In this document: piece after piece, positions 10,392 through 24,713 of the stretch
Position numbering within the stretch: position 1 is the stretch's first letter
Layout: the number at the start of each line of letters is the position of its first letter
Origin: Moniliella sp. 'wahieum'
Lineage: Eukaryota
Reading direction: 5' to 3'
Assembly (NCBI GenBank): GCA_003971905.1
Contig: RSEE01000075.1
Coordinates: 1-64,000 of the forward strand
Length of the DNA: 64,000 nucleotides
Notes under the pieces: generated by a model
Told to the model about the DNA's origin: nothing
What the model saw: only the letters and a program-made list of their open reading frames with translations
Database searches by the model: none
Program-made: the position numbers and the translations under genes

Positions 10392-10609
10392 CCTGGCGCG
10401 CCGCGAGGCGCGGCAGAACCACTCTCTAGATCCGTGCCGATCGGGGCGCCACAAAGTCAGTGTTTAACGTTTAACTATGTTGTGCCAAAGCTGCGGTGGG
10501 GTAAATAGACCTGGCTGTGGTCCGTGCGCACCGCCCCGTTAAGCAGGTGGGCAATATGTAGCCGCCAAAGTACACACCCGCCCGAAGGACGCAGGCGACA
10601 CGGTGCGTC

Positions 10610-11293
10610 TTGCTCGCCTTGCTCGACCGCCTGCCGCGCGAGTTGGCGCAGCACGTGCTCTCGCGTGGCGTGCTGTCCGTCGCGGACGTCGCGCGTGTGC
10701 GGCGACATGCAGGTGTTGGCGCGCGCACGCACGCGCCCTCGCCGCCCGGTGGCAGCTGATCCCGTCACGTCGCATGGCGCTCGTCGATGCGGTGGCCTCC
10801 TGGAACGACCAGTACGACTTGGCGCTCCAGTCGTTGTTGGTCCTTACGCCTGCTGCGCCCTTCGTGCCGCCCAGCCACGCGCGAGCGCGCGAACGAGGGT
10901 GGTACGACGCCATTCTGTTTCTGCGCGTGCTGTGGTGCAGGGCCGCGGCCGTGCGCTGACGGGGGGGAGCCGGTTGGGTTTGGCTTTGCGCTGTTGCGGC
11001 GGGTGGCGCCGTGGGCGTATGAGGACAGCGACGTGGAGCAACAACAAGACGGCTATGAAGAAGACGAAGAGCAAGGGGCGGAGGAGGAGGAGGAAGGACC
11101 GCACTTTGGTGATCGAACGCACCGATGGCCATCGTCGGTGGATCCTGCGCCCCCGATGCTCACTCGCTCCTCTGGCCCGACGTTTAGTCCATACCCTTCC
11201 GGTAGCATTTTCGAGCAGCCGAACCGTACGTTTGTTCACACTTCCTGTTCATCGTTGGTACTAGGCCTACTTACTTATTCCAAGGTTGGATAA
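10610..11293 (+). CDS. F-box domain protein (5' end not resolved, frameshifted)
   Basis: LLDRLPRELAQHVLSRGVLSVADVARV / ATCRCWRA at ~10619-10725, read across one frameshift, fits the F-box consensus; acidic tail in ORF 10787..11293. Confidence 0.6.
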
Positions 11294-11444
11294 GTGATGG
11301 AACTACGGCGCGGCCCATCTCGCGCGGGGATCGCCACCTCACCCCGGCGACTATGCGTCGATCAGGTGGATCATGTAAAAAAGGGGAATGCGATTACTAC
11401 AAGAACGCGGTCGAGGAGGGAGAATGTATCTCTAAATGGCTGGC

Positions 11445-14400
11445 TTACTGCCTCTGGCGCTGCAATCGGCGGTGGCGCAGATCAGCCGCCAGAAGAATAG
11501 TGTCCACCATTGACTGACCCACCGGGTCCCGGTTCCAACTTGACCGGTTGGCCCAAACCAGGTCAAAGCACGCCGCTCGCAACGACTCGAGTCCTCGACA
11601 CTAACTCATGCAGGTAATCAATGTGGCGCTGCAGTGCAGTTGTCCACCAAATAGGGAGACAAGATGAGATGGTGCGTAGGCTCATCGAGGGATGCATCGG
11701 TCGTCGGTGCTGGCGACAAGAGGGTAGTCAAGCGGGTCCGTTTCGAAGGCGATAGTTCATCTGCCCTGCCGTCTTCGTGGATCCGTTTGGACCCGTTCCG
11801 TTGTGGGGAGCCAACAGTATCTGTGCCAATGGGGTCAGCCACAATGGAAGGCGCCTCCGCGTCGTCGGCCACAGCCCCGCTCCCGGTGCTGGTGGGGGCG
11901 CAGGAGTGGCATCTGGAGGTTTCGTCTTCTCCGATTCCTTTTGCCTCTTTTGCCTCTCTTGCTTTTCCTTTTCTTGGGATTGTTCGGCGGCCTCACGCCG
12001 GGCTACGCGGACAGCCAACCGCTCACACTCGACCCGGAAGGCAGGTTCGACAAATTGGTCGAGGAGGATGTTGGCCATGTTGAGCATCTGGTGGGCCTTG
12101 AGTGCCCGCTCTCCATCCACCACTTCGGCCGCCTCTGCATTGTGCGCAATCCGTTGCAGATCCTCAACAAAGTTCGACACACAGAGGTAGTGGTCATAGT
12201 ACAGTTTCTTTGCATCCGCTCCAGCGTAGTCGTGTAGAGCACGGTCCGCTGCCATTAATGGTATCGGCCTCCTCCTCGTCAGCTGCTTGTGCTGCCGCCG
12301 TTACCTCGTCCACCGCTTCGGCCTCGTCCGCACCTGCTTCTGCCATTGTCACCTCGGGAGCAGCGTCCGTCTCCCCGGCCGGTACACGTTCCATCGCGTC
12401 ACCAGCAACGAATGTGGCGGCTTCCCCGGTCGGAGAGCGCGCAATGACGGTGCCCTCGGAGGGGGAGGCATGGCCATTCGCCCCCGCTGCCTCTCCACCC
12501 GAAGCAGAGATGGATCCCGGAGTCGGGTTGGTCAGTTGGTGAATCGAGATACGCTTGGTCAGTGTGGTCTGTTGTTTGCGCATCCTCTCCGCCTCCTTAG
12601 CGGCAGCACGAGCCCGGCGGTTTTTCTCGATCTCCTCGGGGGACTTCTCGTAGGGAAGGTCAAGCGTGTATTGCCCCTTTTGGCGCGTCGAGGGGAAGTT
12701 GGAGGTAAGGTAGGTGAGATTGTACTCCTCCTGTCAGAACGGGGTCAGCGGGGGATCAGAACCCAGCGCCAGGACACAAAAGCCGGCACAGAGCGCGGGG
12801 AAGAATACGCACCCAAACGTTTTTGGTAAAGACTTTGAACTTTTTGCGCAGCTCAGCCAGGACAGGCCCCAGCTTGAATTTGAGTTGCTCCAACAAGCGT
12901 TCGTCCGAAGCGATTTGTTCCTGTAACTCTTCCTTGGTGGGTTGACGGGGCGGCAAGGCCGGTGCCAAGGGAAGGTCGGGAAGGACGCGGCGTACTTTCG
13001 GTACACCTCCAGGGAAGAACGGTGGAGGCTGGGCCAAGTACGAGAGGAGAGGCTTGAAGAAGGCTCGACGCTGGTCTTGCGAGGGGGGGTTGAGCAAAAT
13101 TCCCGGTTTAGCAAACCATGCTTGCACCTCAGGGTCCAGTTCGTCCCGGGGACAATCGGCCACCCCGAGGAGCAAAACCGGTTCGTCGGTCGCCAAGCCA
13201 TCGAGAAGCGAACGCATCAGCGTGATCGTCGACCGCGGGATGGTATCAATCGTCCACGACTGAAGCGAGGGGGCAAAGAGCACAGCAGGTTTATGCCGCC
13301 GTGCTTCAACAAAGAGCTGGACCAAGGCTGTGTCGGGGGGGCGGCTGGCGTCGCCGAGCAAGGTTGGCAAGTCCAAGCTGGAAACATGGTACCCTTCCAG
13401 GTTGTAGAGCAACGCTCGTGCGAGCACATTTTGTCCATTCCCGGCTGGACCATGGATCAGCATCCGGGGCGATACACCCGTAGCGACGAAAACTGTTGCA
13501 GCAGAACTTCGTGGTTGAACGTGTCCCCGCCCAAGTGGGGCGATGGGTCTTGCCACATCGCCTCCTCCAAGGCAGTGCGCTGCTTGGCGGGGGGCAAGAG
13601 ACTGTCCAGCAGGTCCTGTGCTTCGGCCTCTGCGTCGGCGAGGAGTGGTTTGAGGTGTTCCGGCAGAGGCGTGGCTTGGGACGAGGCGGAACGTGCGGAA
13701 GAAGGAACAATCTTATTGATGGCCAGCATAAAGTCTTTCGGCGTTGCCTGGACAGTCTCGGGACGAAGGAGGAGGCGCGGTGGTGGTGTTAGATTTGGGG
13801 GTAGGTGCGCTGGACGGCGTTGAGCGCCGCCTCGGTGCAGAGCGCGCGCAGATCCGCACCGCCGTAGCCCTTGGTGAGCTGGGCAAGACGGTGGAGCATG
13901 GCGGGGTCGGGGGCGGGGTCCCACTGGCGCGTGTGGATCCGCAAGATCGACTCGCGCGCCGGCAGGGTGGGGAGGGGGAAATAGAATTCGCGGTCGAACC
14001 GCCCTGGACGGCGAAGGGCGGGGTCGACCGAGTCGGGTCGGTTGGTCGCCCCAATGACAACCACTTGGCCTCGGCCGTCCATGCCGTCCATGAGGGCGAG
14101 GAGGGTGGACACGATCGACGCATGGATCTGGTCCTGCTTGCTGCTCCGCACAGGCGCAAGGCCATCGATCTCATCGAAAAAGATAATCGCCGGCTGGGAG
14201 CGCTTGGCCTCCTCAAACAGGAGGCGCAGCTGTCGCTCCGCTTCGCCCACCCACTTGGACAGCACGTCTGCACCCTTGCGCATAAAGAAGGCCACCTTCT
14301 GCCCTTGGCCCTCGGAGCTGCGGGGGCGGCAGCGCCGTCGGCGGCGGGGCGCGTGGAAGCGGGAGCGGGCGCACTGGCCGTGCCCGATACGCTGGCCGCC

Positions 14401-16041
14401 AGCGCCCGCGCCACCAACGTCTTGCCCGTCCCGGGGGGGCCATGGAAGAGGACGCCGCGCGGCGGAGTGATGTGGAAGCGCTGGTAGAGCTCAGGATAGA
14501 GGAGCGGCAGGGTGACCATCTCCTTGAGCTGCTGCAGCGTGCTGTCCAAGCCTCCGACCGAGTCAAAGTCGACTTGCATGTTCGTCCCAAGCGGATCAAT
14601 GTCCGCCATCGGGTCGCCACCCGTCTTGATTCGACCCATCGTGTCGGCCGCACCATGGCCCGACAGGTCGCCTTGCCCGCCGCCTGGCGCCGCATCTCCC
14701 GCGCCCAGCAAGCCGCCCGAGATGCCCCCGGGCACTCGCAGCCCGGCCCCGGGGAGTTTACCCTTGCCCCGTCCCCGCGCCGTCTTGGCATAATCGTCGC
14801 TGTCCGACGACTGGGTGCGCTCGCCAAAGGCGCGCGCGAGGTCTTTGCCCGTCATGGACTTGGGCAATCGGTCCCAGGTCGTCGCCCCGCCAAACGGACG
14901 GTCCCCGCCGCCGCGTCGTGCACCCGGATTGGCCCACCCTGGACCATTCAGGCCCGTGTAGGGGCGTGCGCGGCGCGGGCTGCCGCCGCTGGGCGCAGGA
15001 GCAGCGGGGGTGGTATAGTTGACCTCTTTTCGCGCACGCAGACGCATCCCCTGGCTCTCCGGTTCCTCTTCTTCGGAAGCAGACGGACCGAGTGAAGATC
15101 CACTGGCCGCGTCGCTACTGACAAACTCGTCTTCGTCCGACAAGCGAGCCTTGCGTTTGGTTGTCTTACCTCGGGACTTGGTTCGACTGCGCAGGCGATG
15201 GCCAGCAACCACGGGTCCATCCCCCTCCTCCTTCTCGTGTTCCTCGGCGCTGGTGGCGCGGCTGTACCGAGGGCCTTGATACTGGGCGCTTTTGCTTTTC
15301 AGCGCCGCCTTGCGCGTGCGCGCCAGTTCTTGGACACGCGTCTGTGCCGTGCTTGTCCTTCGGGGCTGGTCTTGATCGTCCGAGGTACGCTGCGAGCTGC
15401 GACGGCGCGTACGAACTCGTCGGGCCGGTACTGCCTCCTCCTCCTCCGTGTCATTCACGTCCTTTCACGCATGCTGGTCAAGTTGCGCGTGGAGCGACGA
15501 GGGCGGTGAGAAGGCAGGTCCTCATTGTGCATCGTCGCGTCCTCCGCATGGCCGAGGCCACTGGAATTGAACGCTTGCGGGGGGCGAGAGGTGCGCCCAC
15601 TTCTCGTGGTGTGAATAACCGGCGCCACTTCGTCCTCGTCCTCATCATCCTCCCCATCACGATCAGTATCACCATCCGCATCTTCATCCTCTTCGGCGTC
15701 TGCGTCGAACTCGTCCGGGTTGGCAAGTCTGTGGGTGGCAATGCGAGAAGCAGCGCGGGACGAGCGGCGTGCGGGGACAGGTTCGTACTCTTTTTGCGCA
15801 TCTGGATCGGCGGGGGGGGAGGCGCGATCGGGCCGGGCTCGAGAGAGACCTGGGCCCGAGCTTGGTTGGCGCCAGAGGAGAAGGCACTGATGCGGATGCG
15901 CCGGATACGTGGTGGGGGCGCAGACGCCGGGCTGCTCTCGCCCGGGAAGGGAGGGGGGGAGGAAGGGTGTGAGCCAGGGTGGATGTAGGCATGAGGCTCG
16001 GCATCGGCCAAGGCGGCCGCGGCGCGAGTTCTTCGCGTCAT
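11445..16041 (-). CDS. YTA7: Yta7/ATAD2-family AAA+ ATPase histone chaperone with degenerate bromodomain
   Basis: VDFDSVGGL..LKEMVTLPLLYPE..PPRGVLFHGPPGTGKT; FFMRKGADVLSKWVGEAERQL; FFDEIDG; PALRRPGRFDREFYF; second AAA domain HGPAGNGQ; C-terminal LESLRAACFDLVWANRSSWNRD with stop at 11445. Confidence 0.95.
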
Positions 16042-17963
16042 GGGAGAGGGAGAGGGAGAGGGAGAGGCAGGGTGGGCGGGCCTGCGGCGGGGGAGGGGGA
16101 GAAGAGAGAAGCCAGGGGAGGTGGGATCGGCAGTGGAGGTGGTGGTGGTGGGAATGGCGGTGGTGGTGGTGGTGGTGGTGGTAGCGGTGATGGTGGTGGG
16201 AGCGGTGCTGCGGGCAGAACACGGCCGCGTCGTGTGATGTCGGCTGGTTAGCCAGTGTTGGTTGGTTGGAATGCGCTGGGCTGCAACGCGGGGCTTACGT
16301 CAGCCATCGGGACAGCGCTGGCGGCGAGTGGCTGATAATAATCTTAGGAGGGGGGTAGGCAAAGTGGTGTACAACCACCACCACCACCACCAGCTGGCAC
16401 CCCAGACAGCCAGCCTCCCACTGAGCATTCTTCTTCGTTCTTCTTCGTCCCGCCGCCACAAAACACACCGCCAATTCAAGACAGATGAATCACAGCAAGC
16501 ATGTCATTACAGAGGGTGTGACTGCACCACCGATGTTTTTTTGCTCTTCGGTGTAGTTTCTTTCTCCACACCGTTCACCGCCCTCCTACTCTCCCGCCTC
16601 AGATGCTCAACCCGTGCATCCAACATCCAACACTCAGGGATCTTCGATGCGACCCCCCATCCTCACATGTCACAGGCCTCCCTGCTCGGTGCATCAAGGG
16701 ACGGCGACCGTCGCATCCGCTATTTACACCGGTGATTTTGTCCAAGCAGGCTTCATCCATGCTTTAGCCTGTGCAAGTAAGCAGGGACTGGGATTTGCAT
16801 CCGTGTTACCCGGAGGACTTGGTACTTATGTGCATCATAATCCCAGTAACCGTATTGGAGAGACCATGTATGAGATCTGAGATGCTCAACGCTTCACAGT
16901 TAACCCCGCCCGTCCAGCTGGGGTGCAAAAAGCGCCTGCGTGTTGGGCAAACCCCGGCTGCAGTTCCGGTTATGGCGAGGCACATTTTGCGGCTGCGGTT
17001 ATAATAATAACGGCTGTGGGTCTGCAACTCCAGGCGATGGCGCAGCGGTTCCTACGCCATTGACCCTCCGGCGTATAGGAGTTGTGCCCCCCCTTCCTCT
17101 GCTCCATCAGGGCCATGACCTCGTTATTCCCTCTCGTCCCCGCCCCCCAGAACAGGGGTAACCGCTACCCTGCCTCTTCGATTAGCCACCTACACTCCTG
17201 CTGTGTGGGGGGCAACACGGGTGGTCTCATCGATGGGTGAGTGAATTGCATACGTAGATACTAGTATCCCTTCGTACTCCCCTCCCTCCCATATATACTG
17301 AACGCGGTGCTACTTATATGAACACAGACCTTTGCGCTGGAGCTATCCGGGCCAGACCTGCACTCTGTCCCCTTGACGCCACACGACCTCTAATGTTGCG
17401 CTGTAGTAACTTGACCCAATGTGAGTGCAACATGAGAGGGATAGGCTCCTCCGCGCGCTGTGTTGGGATCTCAGATGCAGGATCATCGAGATCATCGAAT
17501 AATGTTTTTTTGCTCCGCATTCTTGTCCCGCGCGGGTGCTGGACCCTGGTATGGGCGTTGTTCGACAGCGCCGCCGCAGGCCATGCGCATTCCTTTATTG
17601 GAATTACGGTGTGCTGTTGTTATATATATAGCGCCCGTGTGTGTTCTTGTTCACCTCCGTCTTCGCTCTTGTCATCACCTCCTTCTCCTGGTTCCCCGCC
17701 AGCCCCCAGCCGTTTGCTTGTCCGCTATTTTTCCAGTTACGTTTCCTCGAGTCACTCTCGGTCCTCTCTGTGAGGCTTGGCCAAACAGATGAGAGACTAC
17801 TAGGGTTCTCCCCAGTATAATCCGGTTGGCTGACTGTGGGGTTGTTCTGTCTTCGCTGTGACTTGTATTCATATATAGCCACACCCCAAACACCGATTCG
17901 GTCTATTCCGCCTTATACTCCGTTTGAGATCGATCGCAAGCGCTGTTCTGCCTGTCTTGCACT

Positions 17964-18831
<868 letters not shown>

Positions 18832-19546
18832 AGAGTGTGACCCAACGCATTTCCCCCCTTCCACCACGGAACAGTACATATAGATTTTCACTCTTCTTTC
18901 TCTTCTTCTCACTCTGCTCCTGGATCGGGAACGGCAGCGCTCCCTGCGTGTGTCGCATGCCCTACACATGATATGATGTGAGGTCCCCAGCGAGATTCCC
19001 CTTCGCGGTTTTTGTTTGGGCCCTTTTTGGGCGTCCATGCATATGTTCTTTTCTCACCACAGTGTGTCTGTTCCTTCGCTTTCTTGGGTTGGGTACGAGA
19101 GACTATAACAGAGAGGGGAAATAGAGGGGGCAGGAGGGTCATCCACCGACTTTTTAGGAACCCAGGCCGTACCGCAACTCGGCCTCTTCAGCGCCCAGGA
19201 TGCAAACGATTCAAAACTGATCAATTCCCGGTCCATTCCACCCCTTCTATTCCCCCTCGTTTACCAGCGACCGTGCTAACCAATCGGCTGTTGGCGCGCC
19301 ACAGACGTGTACTCTGGGGCAGGCGGGCATGCTGGTTGTGGAAGCTGAACTGGGGGTCGGCGGTTGGAGGCAGCGGGGCCAGATAGAGTCGAAAGTGCAT
19401 CCAACCAGGAGACGGACAAGGGCGCAGAGCACAACACCCTGCAATGGAAATGGAAACGTTCGTCGTCGTCAACCGGATGCTGAAAGAGACGGCGCTGTTG
19501 GTGTTTGGGCGCTGAGGTGCCGGGTGAAAGCGCATGTTGGGGCTCG

Positions 19547-19667
19547 TGTGGGAGGCGAGCAAGGCAGGGGAAGAGATGGTGTGGATGCAATCAGGGGGAG
19601 GCAGCCAGCCGGCGCCACAGGACGGGTCAGTGGAACAGGGGCGGGACGGGGCCGCCTGCTCGCACAA
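19547..19667 (+). repeat. Dispersed intergenic repeat, copy A
   Basis: Colinear with 27870-27980; identical 20-mer GAGATGGTGTGGATGCAATC and shared ACGGGGCCGCCT..CGCACAA end. Confidence 0.85.
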
Positions 19668-21536
19668 CTCTTTTGCGACTGGGCTCTGGCGCATCTCGGT
19701 CGCATCACTAGCTCAGCGCTATTGGCTCGTCCCGGTGACCGGTGACGCGAGCACGTGTTGGCCACTGTCACATGTCACATGTCACATGTCAACATGGCAA
19801 TGTCAATGTCAACGCCGCTCGTCACGCGTCCCGAGTCATGCATGATGAATGGCTTCATTCATCATCCATCCGTATCATGCATCCACAGCCACTGTGTCTA
19901 GCCCCACTGTGTGGAAGCTTGAAGGGAGTCCTCCTGCCACAGTGCTCCTCTGCCCCGGCTGCGCTGCGCCTCTGAATCCGAGATCTGACACAGGCTCGGC
20001 CACCAGAGGTTTTTGTTGATTTTGTGTGGCGTGTGTTGACAACCCCAACACAATGATCCAGCCGTGTGGCATGTGCGTCCCCACAGGTTCCCACCCAGCC
20101 TCAGGCCTCAGGCGGTTATGAGCATCCTTCATCGATCATCCATCCTTTGTTCTCACGTATAGGAGGTCCCATGTCTAACTTCAACACCTGTTCTTCCGAC
20201 GCCGGAAGCTTAAAGCTTAACGCTTGAAGCTTGAAGATCCTCAGGCCATACTGTTCCATGGATACGCCTGCCTCCATTCCAATCTAACCTGCACAGCGCT
20301 CGCGGCCATTGTTGCGGGGAGTGCGTGGCGAACGCTACTGAGATCTGAGACGTGAGACCATAGAGTACGGTTTGGAGGACGGAGGTTTGCTGGTTTAGGA
20401 GGGTGGACCGCGAATGAACTGGGAGCGTCATCGTACTGATGAGTGTGTGTGTACTCGCAACATATGTTGAAGCTCGAAGCTTGAGCTTGAACGTTGAACG
20501 TGAACGCAGATCGCCGTCACAGCCTCGCTCCCCCCCCCTCCCCAAACAAGACACGCCCCGCCTGTTTTATTGATTGGCTTTTTGTGCACCCGCCGACCCC
20601 GTTGGCAATGTCGATCCGCCCATGGCGGGCTGCGCCGATCGGGGCGCCAACAGCTCGATTTTCCGGTGGCCACCAGCGCGTTCGCCAGCAGATGGCCTAG
20701 GTGGGTGCGGAAGCAAGGGAAAGGCAAGGCAAGGCGAGGGTCGGCGTCAGGCCTGCCAGCTCAGCGGTCACATGGTCACAGGCTACCAGCTCCCAGCACC
20801 CAGTACACATGCCCCCAGCTGTTCCATCTTGCTGGGGGCGCTGGTGACACACGGGAGGAGAGGGAGTGGCGTAGTGTGTGCGTACCCTGAGTCCTGAGTA
20901 ACTGTATTCGAGTAACTGCTGAGTGTTCAAGTTGAACGGTGAACGTTGAGTACTGTGTATACTGAGTACTGAGGGAGGGAGTATATGAGTATACTGCGTG
21001 TACCGACACTCAATACAGAGTCGCATTCCTGAGACAGAGGACCGAAGCTTGGCTGGGTGGCACCCGCACGGGGCCGGTGTGTGTTCCAGTGTGTGCACGG
21101 CGGTAGCCAGCAGGCGGGGGGGCACTGGGCTGGCGACGCGGCGTTGGCAAGCACGAGGGCGCACGCAGCACGCCGTGCACGAACCACAGCGCATCATGCA
21201 TCGGGGCGTCACGCGTCACGCCTGCCCTGTCCCGCCACCCGTCACACACCGACCAGCTCAGACATGCGGGACGATGACGCTCGGGTCGATTATAGACCCA
21301 CGCGCCGTGGGGGTGGGCGCGGAGGGAACAGAGGGAGCACAGTGCGCAGCGGAGCGCACTCGGCTCGACGGGCGGCAATGCGATGGCAGCAGCACACGCG
21401 CGACGGACGGCGGCGTGTTTGGGCCTGCTGGGGCCGCTGGGATCCCATCCATCCCACTCCTTTCCCCCCGCGGAGCCTCCCAGCACTCCACACGCACCCA
21501 CTCTTTGCTACCCCAACCGCCGTCGCTGTGGCGGCC

Positions 21537-24500
21537 ATGAGTCCCACGCCCTGGCTGCCCTCTGCCCCCACCGCCTCCCCGCCCTCGGCCGCCTCCCCAT
21601 CCGACCTGCAAGCACCGCCGCTGCCGCCCGGCCCAGCCGCCCGCTCGACCTCACGCTCAGTGCCAGCGCCCTCCACAAGCGCCGCCGCACCCACGCGTCG
21701 CTCAACATGACCGGCCTCGCCCCTGCCCCCGGCACATCCACCGCCCCCCATCCGCTCCTCCGTCCCGCAGCCGAAGCCAATCCGAATCCCATCCCGCGCA
21801 GCAGCAGCAGCAGCAGCAGCCCCCGCCACCCCCAGCAGTCTCTCCGCAACAAGCAACGACCCTCCCCAACACCAGTCGCGTCCCCCCACCTTCTTTTCGC
21901 CGCCACACCCGGATCCGCATCAGACCGATCCAACAACCTCCCGCACTCGTCCCGCACCCCTCGCCGACAAGGGCGCCGCTGCCAAGAACACCGATGTCTG
22001 GCCCGATGACGTTGAAGTTGCATTTTGGGAAGGTGAGTGGCGCTGCTTGATGGAGCTTCTCACACCAATCGCCAATTCTCTTTTTTTGTTCTGGGTGGCT
22101 GACCACGGAGATTATGCATCCTCTCCCTCTCTGCCGTGATCACAGCGCTTCGCTTTATCCCCAAGCTCGGGCGACGCAAAGTATTGGTTCATGGCAAGGC
22201 GTGTGGCCGCAACGAACTGATTGCGGACTACATCCATCGCAAGACGGGCAAACAGCGCTCGCGCAAGCAAGTGTCTAGCCACATTCAAGTCCTGAAAAAT
22301 GTCCGCAAGGACGATGCCGAGTTTCTTCACCTCATAGCCGAGCCACGTTGTGAAGACGACTTTTACGTGCCCGCTGGTGGGATGATGTACGCCCTTTTGC
22401 TCGCCAGCTCTGGCTACGGTGGCCTAAGTGGTCCCTATGGTGTGCCCGGATGGGAGATGGCGGCCGAAACGGTTGTCGAGGGCAACATCAATCGTCTTAC
22501 CGACCCTACCCTTACCGCTCCTCCCCCGGCGGACAACATGCCATCCGTGCTGCCATCCAGTTTTTCAATGTGGGCGCACTGCAGCGACAGTGAAGAGCGG
22601 CATGTGTACGTGACGATGGAGACTGGCACTGCGCCCTGTACCAGTGTAATTGACGGGAGCAAAGCTATCGACACGGTACATTTGGGCCAAGTACGATTCC
22701 CCCACTTGTTCCGCATGTTTGATCAAATTCCCTGCCCGTTTCTACACATTTATGCCCCACTTAGCGTTCCCCACGCCGACGTCTTTCTTCCCGACTTTGA
22801 CCAGTTTAGCACCCAGCTCACCCTCACCAGCTGCGATGCCCACGCCTCACCTCAGTCACCACCGTCTTCTCACACGGAAAACGCATCCTGTCCCTCATTG
22901 AGCCCCTGGATCCGCCCCGGCAAGTTGCGGCTGTCTCCCCACGACAACGGAGGACGTGACGACAAATGCAGCGCCTCGCTACTCGTATATGCACTACGCT
23001 CCCTTTGCCACGGACTTTTGGGCAGACTTGCTGAGTCGCAGTCACCCGGTCCACTTTCCCAAGACGAACGATTCTCCAACGTTTGGCAAGGAGCCGAGCG
23101 AACGCGCGGCGCTGGCCATGGCCGTCGCAGGCATCTCGCTCATCCAAGAATTTGTCGTGACCGACGAAACCATTCCTGCCCAGTCGTACAAGGGGGCGAA
23201 GGCGACGAAGAACTTCTGTCACCCGGACAACAAGTGGGCGAAGTGCACCTGGTTGTATCGTGGGACTTGGAGTGCGTGGAACCCACGTCCTCCTGCATCG
23301 TGCGCACCAGCCAAGCCGCGCATCTCGCTTCTCACCTCGGCCGCGGCGCGGCGTGCCAGCGAGCCGGACCGGTCCCGCCAGCCAACGGAGCAGATGACCA
23401 GCGCGTTGCCTCTCGGTCCGCGTCGGGTGACCTATCCGCACCCCACCGTCGTGCCCCCTCCTCTCTTTGCTCCTGCTTCTTCTGCAGGCGCAAGAACAGG
23501 CACAGCCGCCGCCGCGTCTCCGCGCTCTTCTTCGTCCAACACGCTGATGCTCAACTTGCCCATGTCCAACTTGCCCATGTCCAACTTGCCCAGTTTGCCC
23601 AGTTTGCCCAATTTGCCTAGTCTGCCCAGCCTGGCCACCTTGGACGGCCACACCACACTGCCAGCTTCGTCCAGTGCACCGGACCGCCTGCCTCTGCCTG
23701 CTGTCAACGTTACTGGTGACGTTGACGGCCTGGGCCAGGGGCCAAGACACCCGCCCACTGCTCATGGGCTCTCGGTACCGCAGCCGGGGCATGCGAACTT
23801 GGTTCCCCCCGCGTCGGATGCGGCGCTGCAGGGTCCGTCGCACCTCCATTTGCAAGCCATGCCCACGCTGCTGCGCAAGCGTACCTTGTCCAATGCGACG
23901 CGCGAGTACCACCGCCAAACCTACCCCGCCCGTCTGTCCATTCTGCCGCGTTCGATGGAGCCTATGGGCGCGGGGAAACGGATGGGGATGGGGATGGGAT
24001 GGGGACGGGTATGGATACGAGTATGGGCACGGGCACGGGCAAGGGGATCGGTGCTGGCATGGGATGGGGATGGACATGGACATGGGTACGACAAGTGTGG
24101 ACAAGGGTATGGCTCTTGGCACACCCCAATCGTCCGGCCTGAGTTGGCCTGGGTCAGCAGGCACGGGAACGGGGACGTACCCCGACAGCAGCAGTACCGA
24201 AGGAATCTGGTCCTTTCGTTCCGAGCCGGCGATTCCGTCGCCGCTCGATGCCAGTTTGCCCACCACGCCCATTCCCGTCCTGCACCCCGCGCGACGAGAC
24301 CAATCCGCCGCTACGTCTGTCGCGCGCCATGTCCGACTACCATCTCGGGCCGAACCACGGCTACCAAGGCTACCAGGGCCAGCAAGGCCACCACAGCCAC
24401 CAAACCCACCAAGCTCACCACTGCGCGTCTTCTTCGCCCTTCTCCGCCACGCCGTTGGGGTCGCCATCGATGCTGGACGGGCGACCGCCTCCTGCGGAGC

Positions 24501-24713
24501 CGGCACGGCGGTACACCTGCCGCCGGCGACTGCGGCATGCCCACCAGCCAGACCAGTTCCACCCTCACGGACAGCTTGCGCAACTTTAGTTTCCACTCGA
24601 CGCCGATGCCTACCGTCGCTTTGCCCGAAGAAGCACCAATGGCGATCCGAAGAGCGTCGATCCTGACCCACCCCCGGTTCCCATGCCCGCAGGTGCAGAG
24701 AGGCCCCAGATGA
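21537..24713 (+). CDS. TEA/ATTS-domain transcription factor (Tec1/AbaA family)
   Basis: DVWPDDVEVAFWE | intron 22033-22145 | ALRFIPKLGRRKVLVHGKACGRNELIADYIHRKTGKQRSRKQVSSHIQVLK; ends approximate. Confidence 0.93.
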
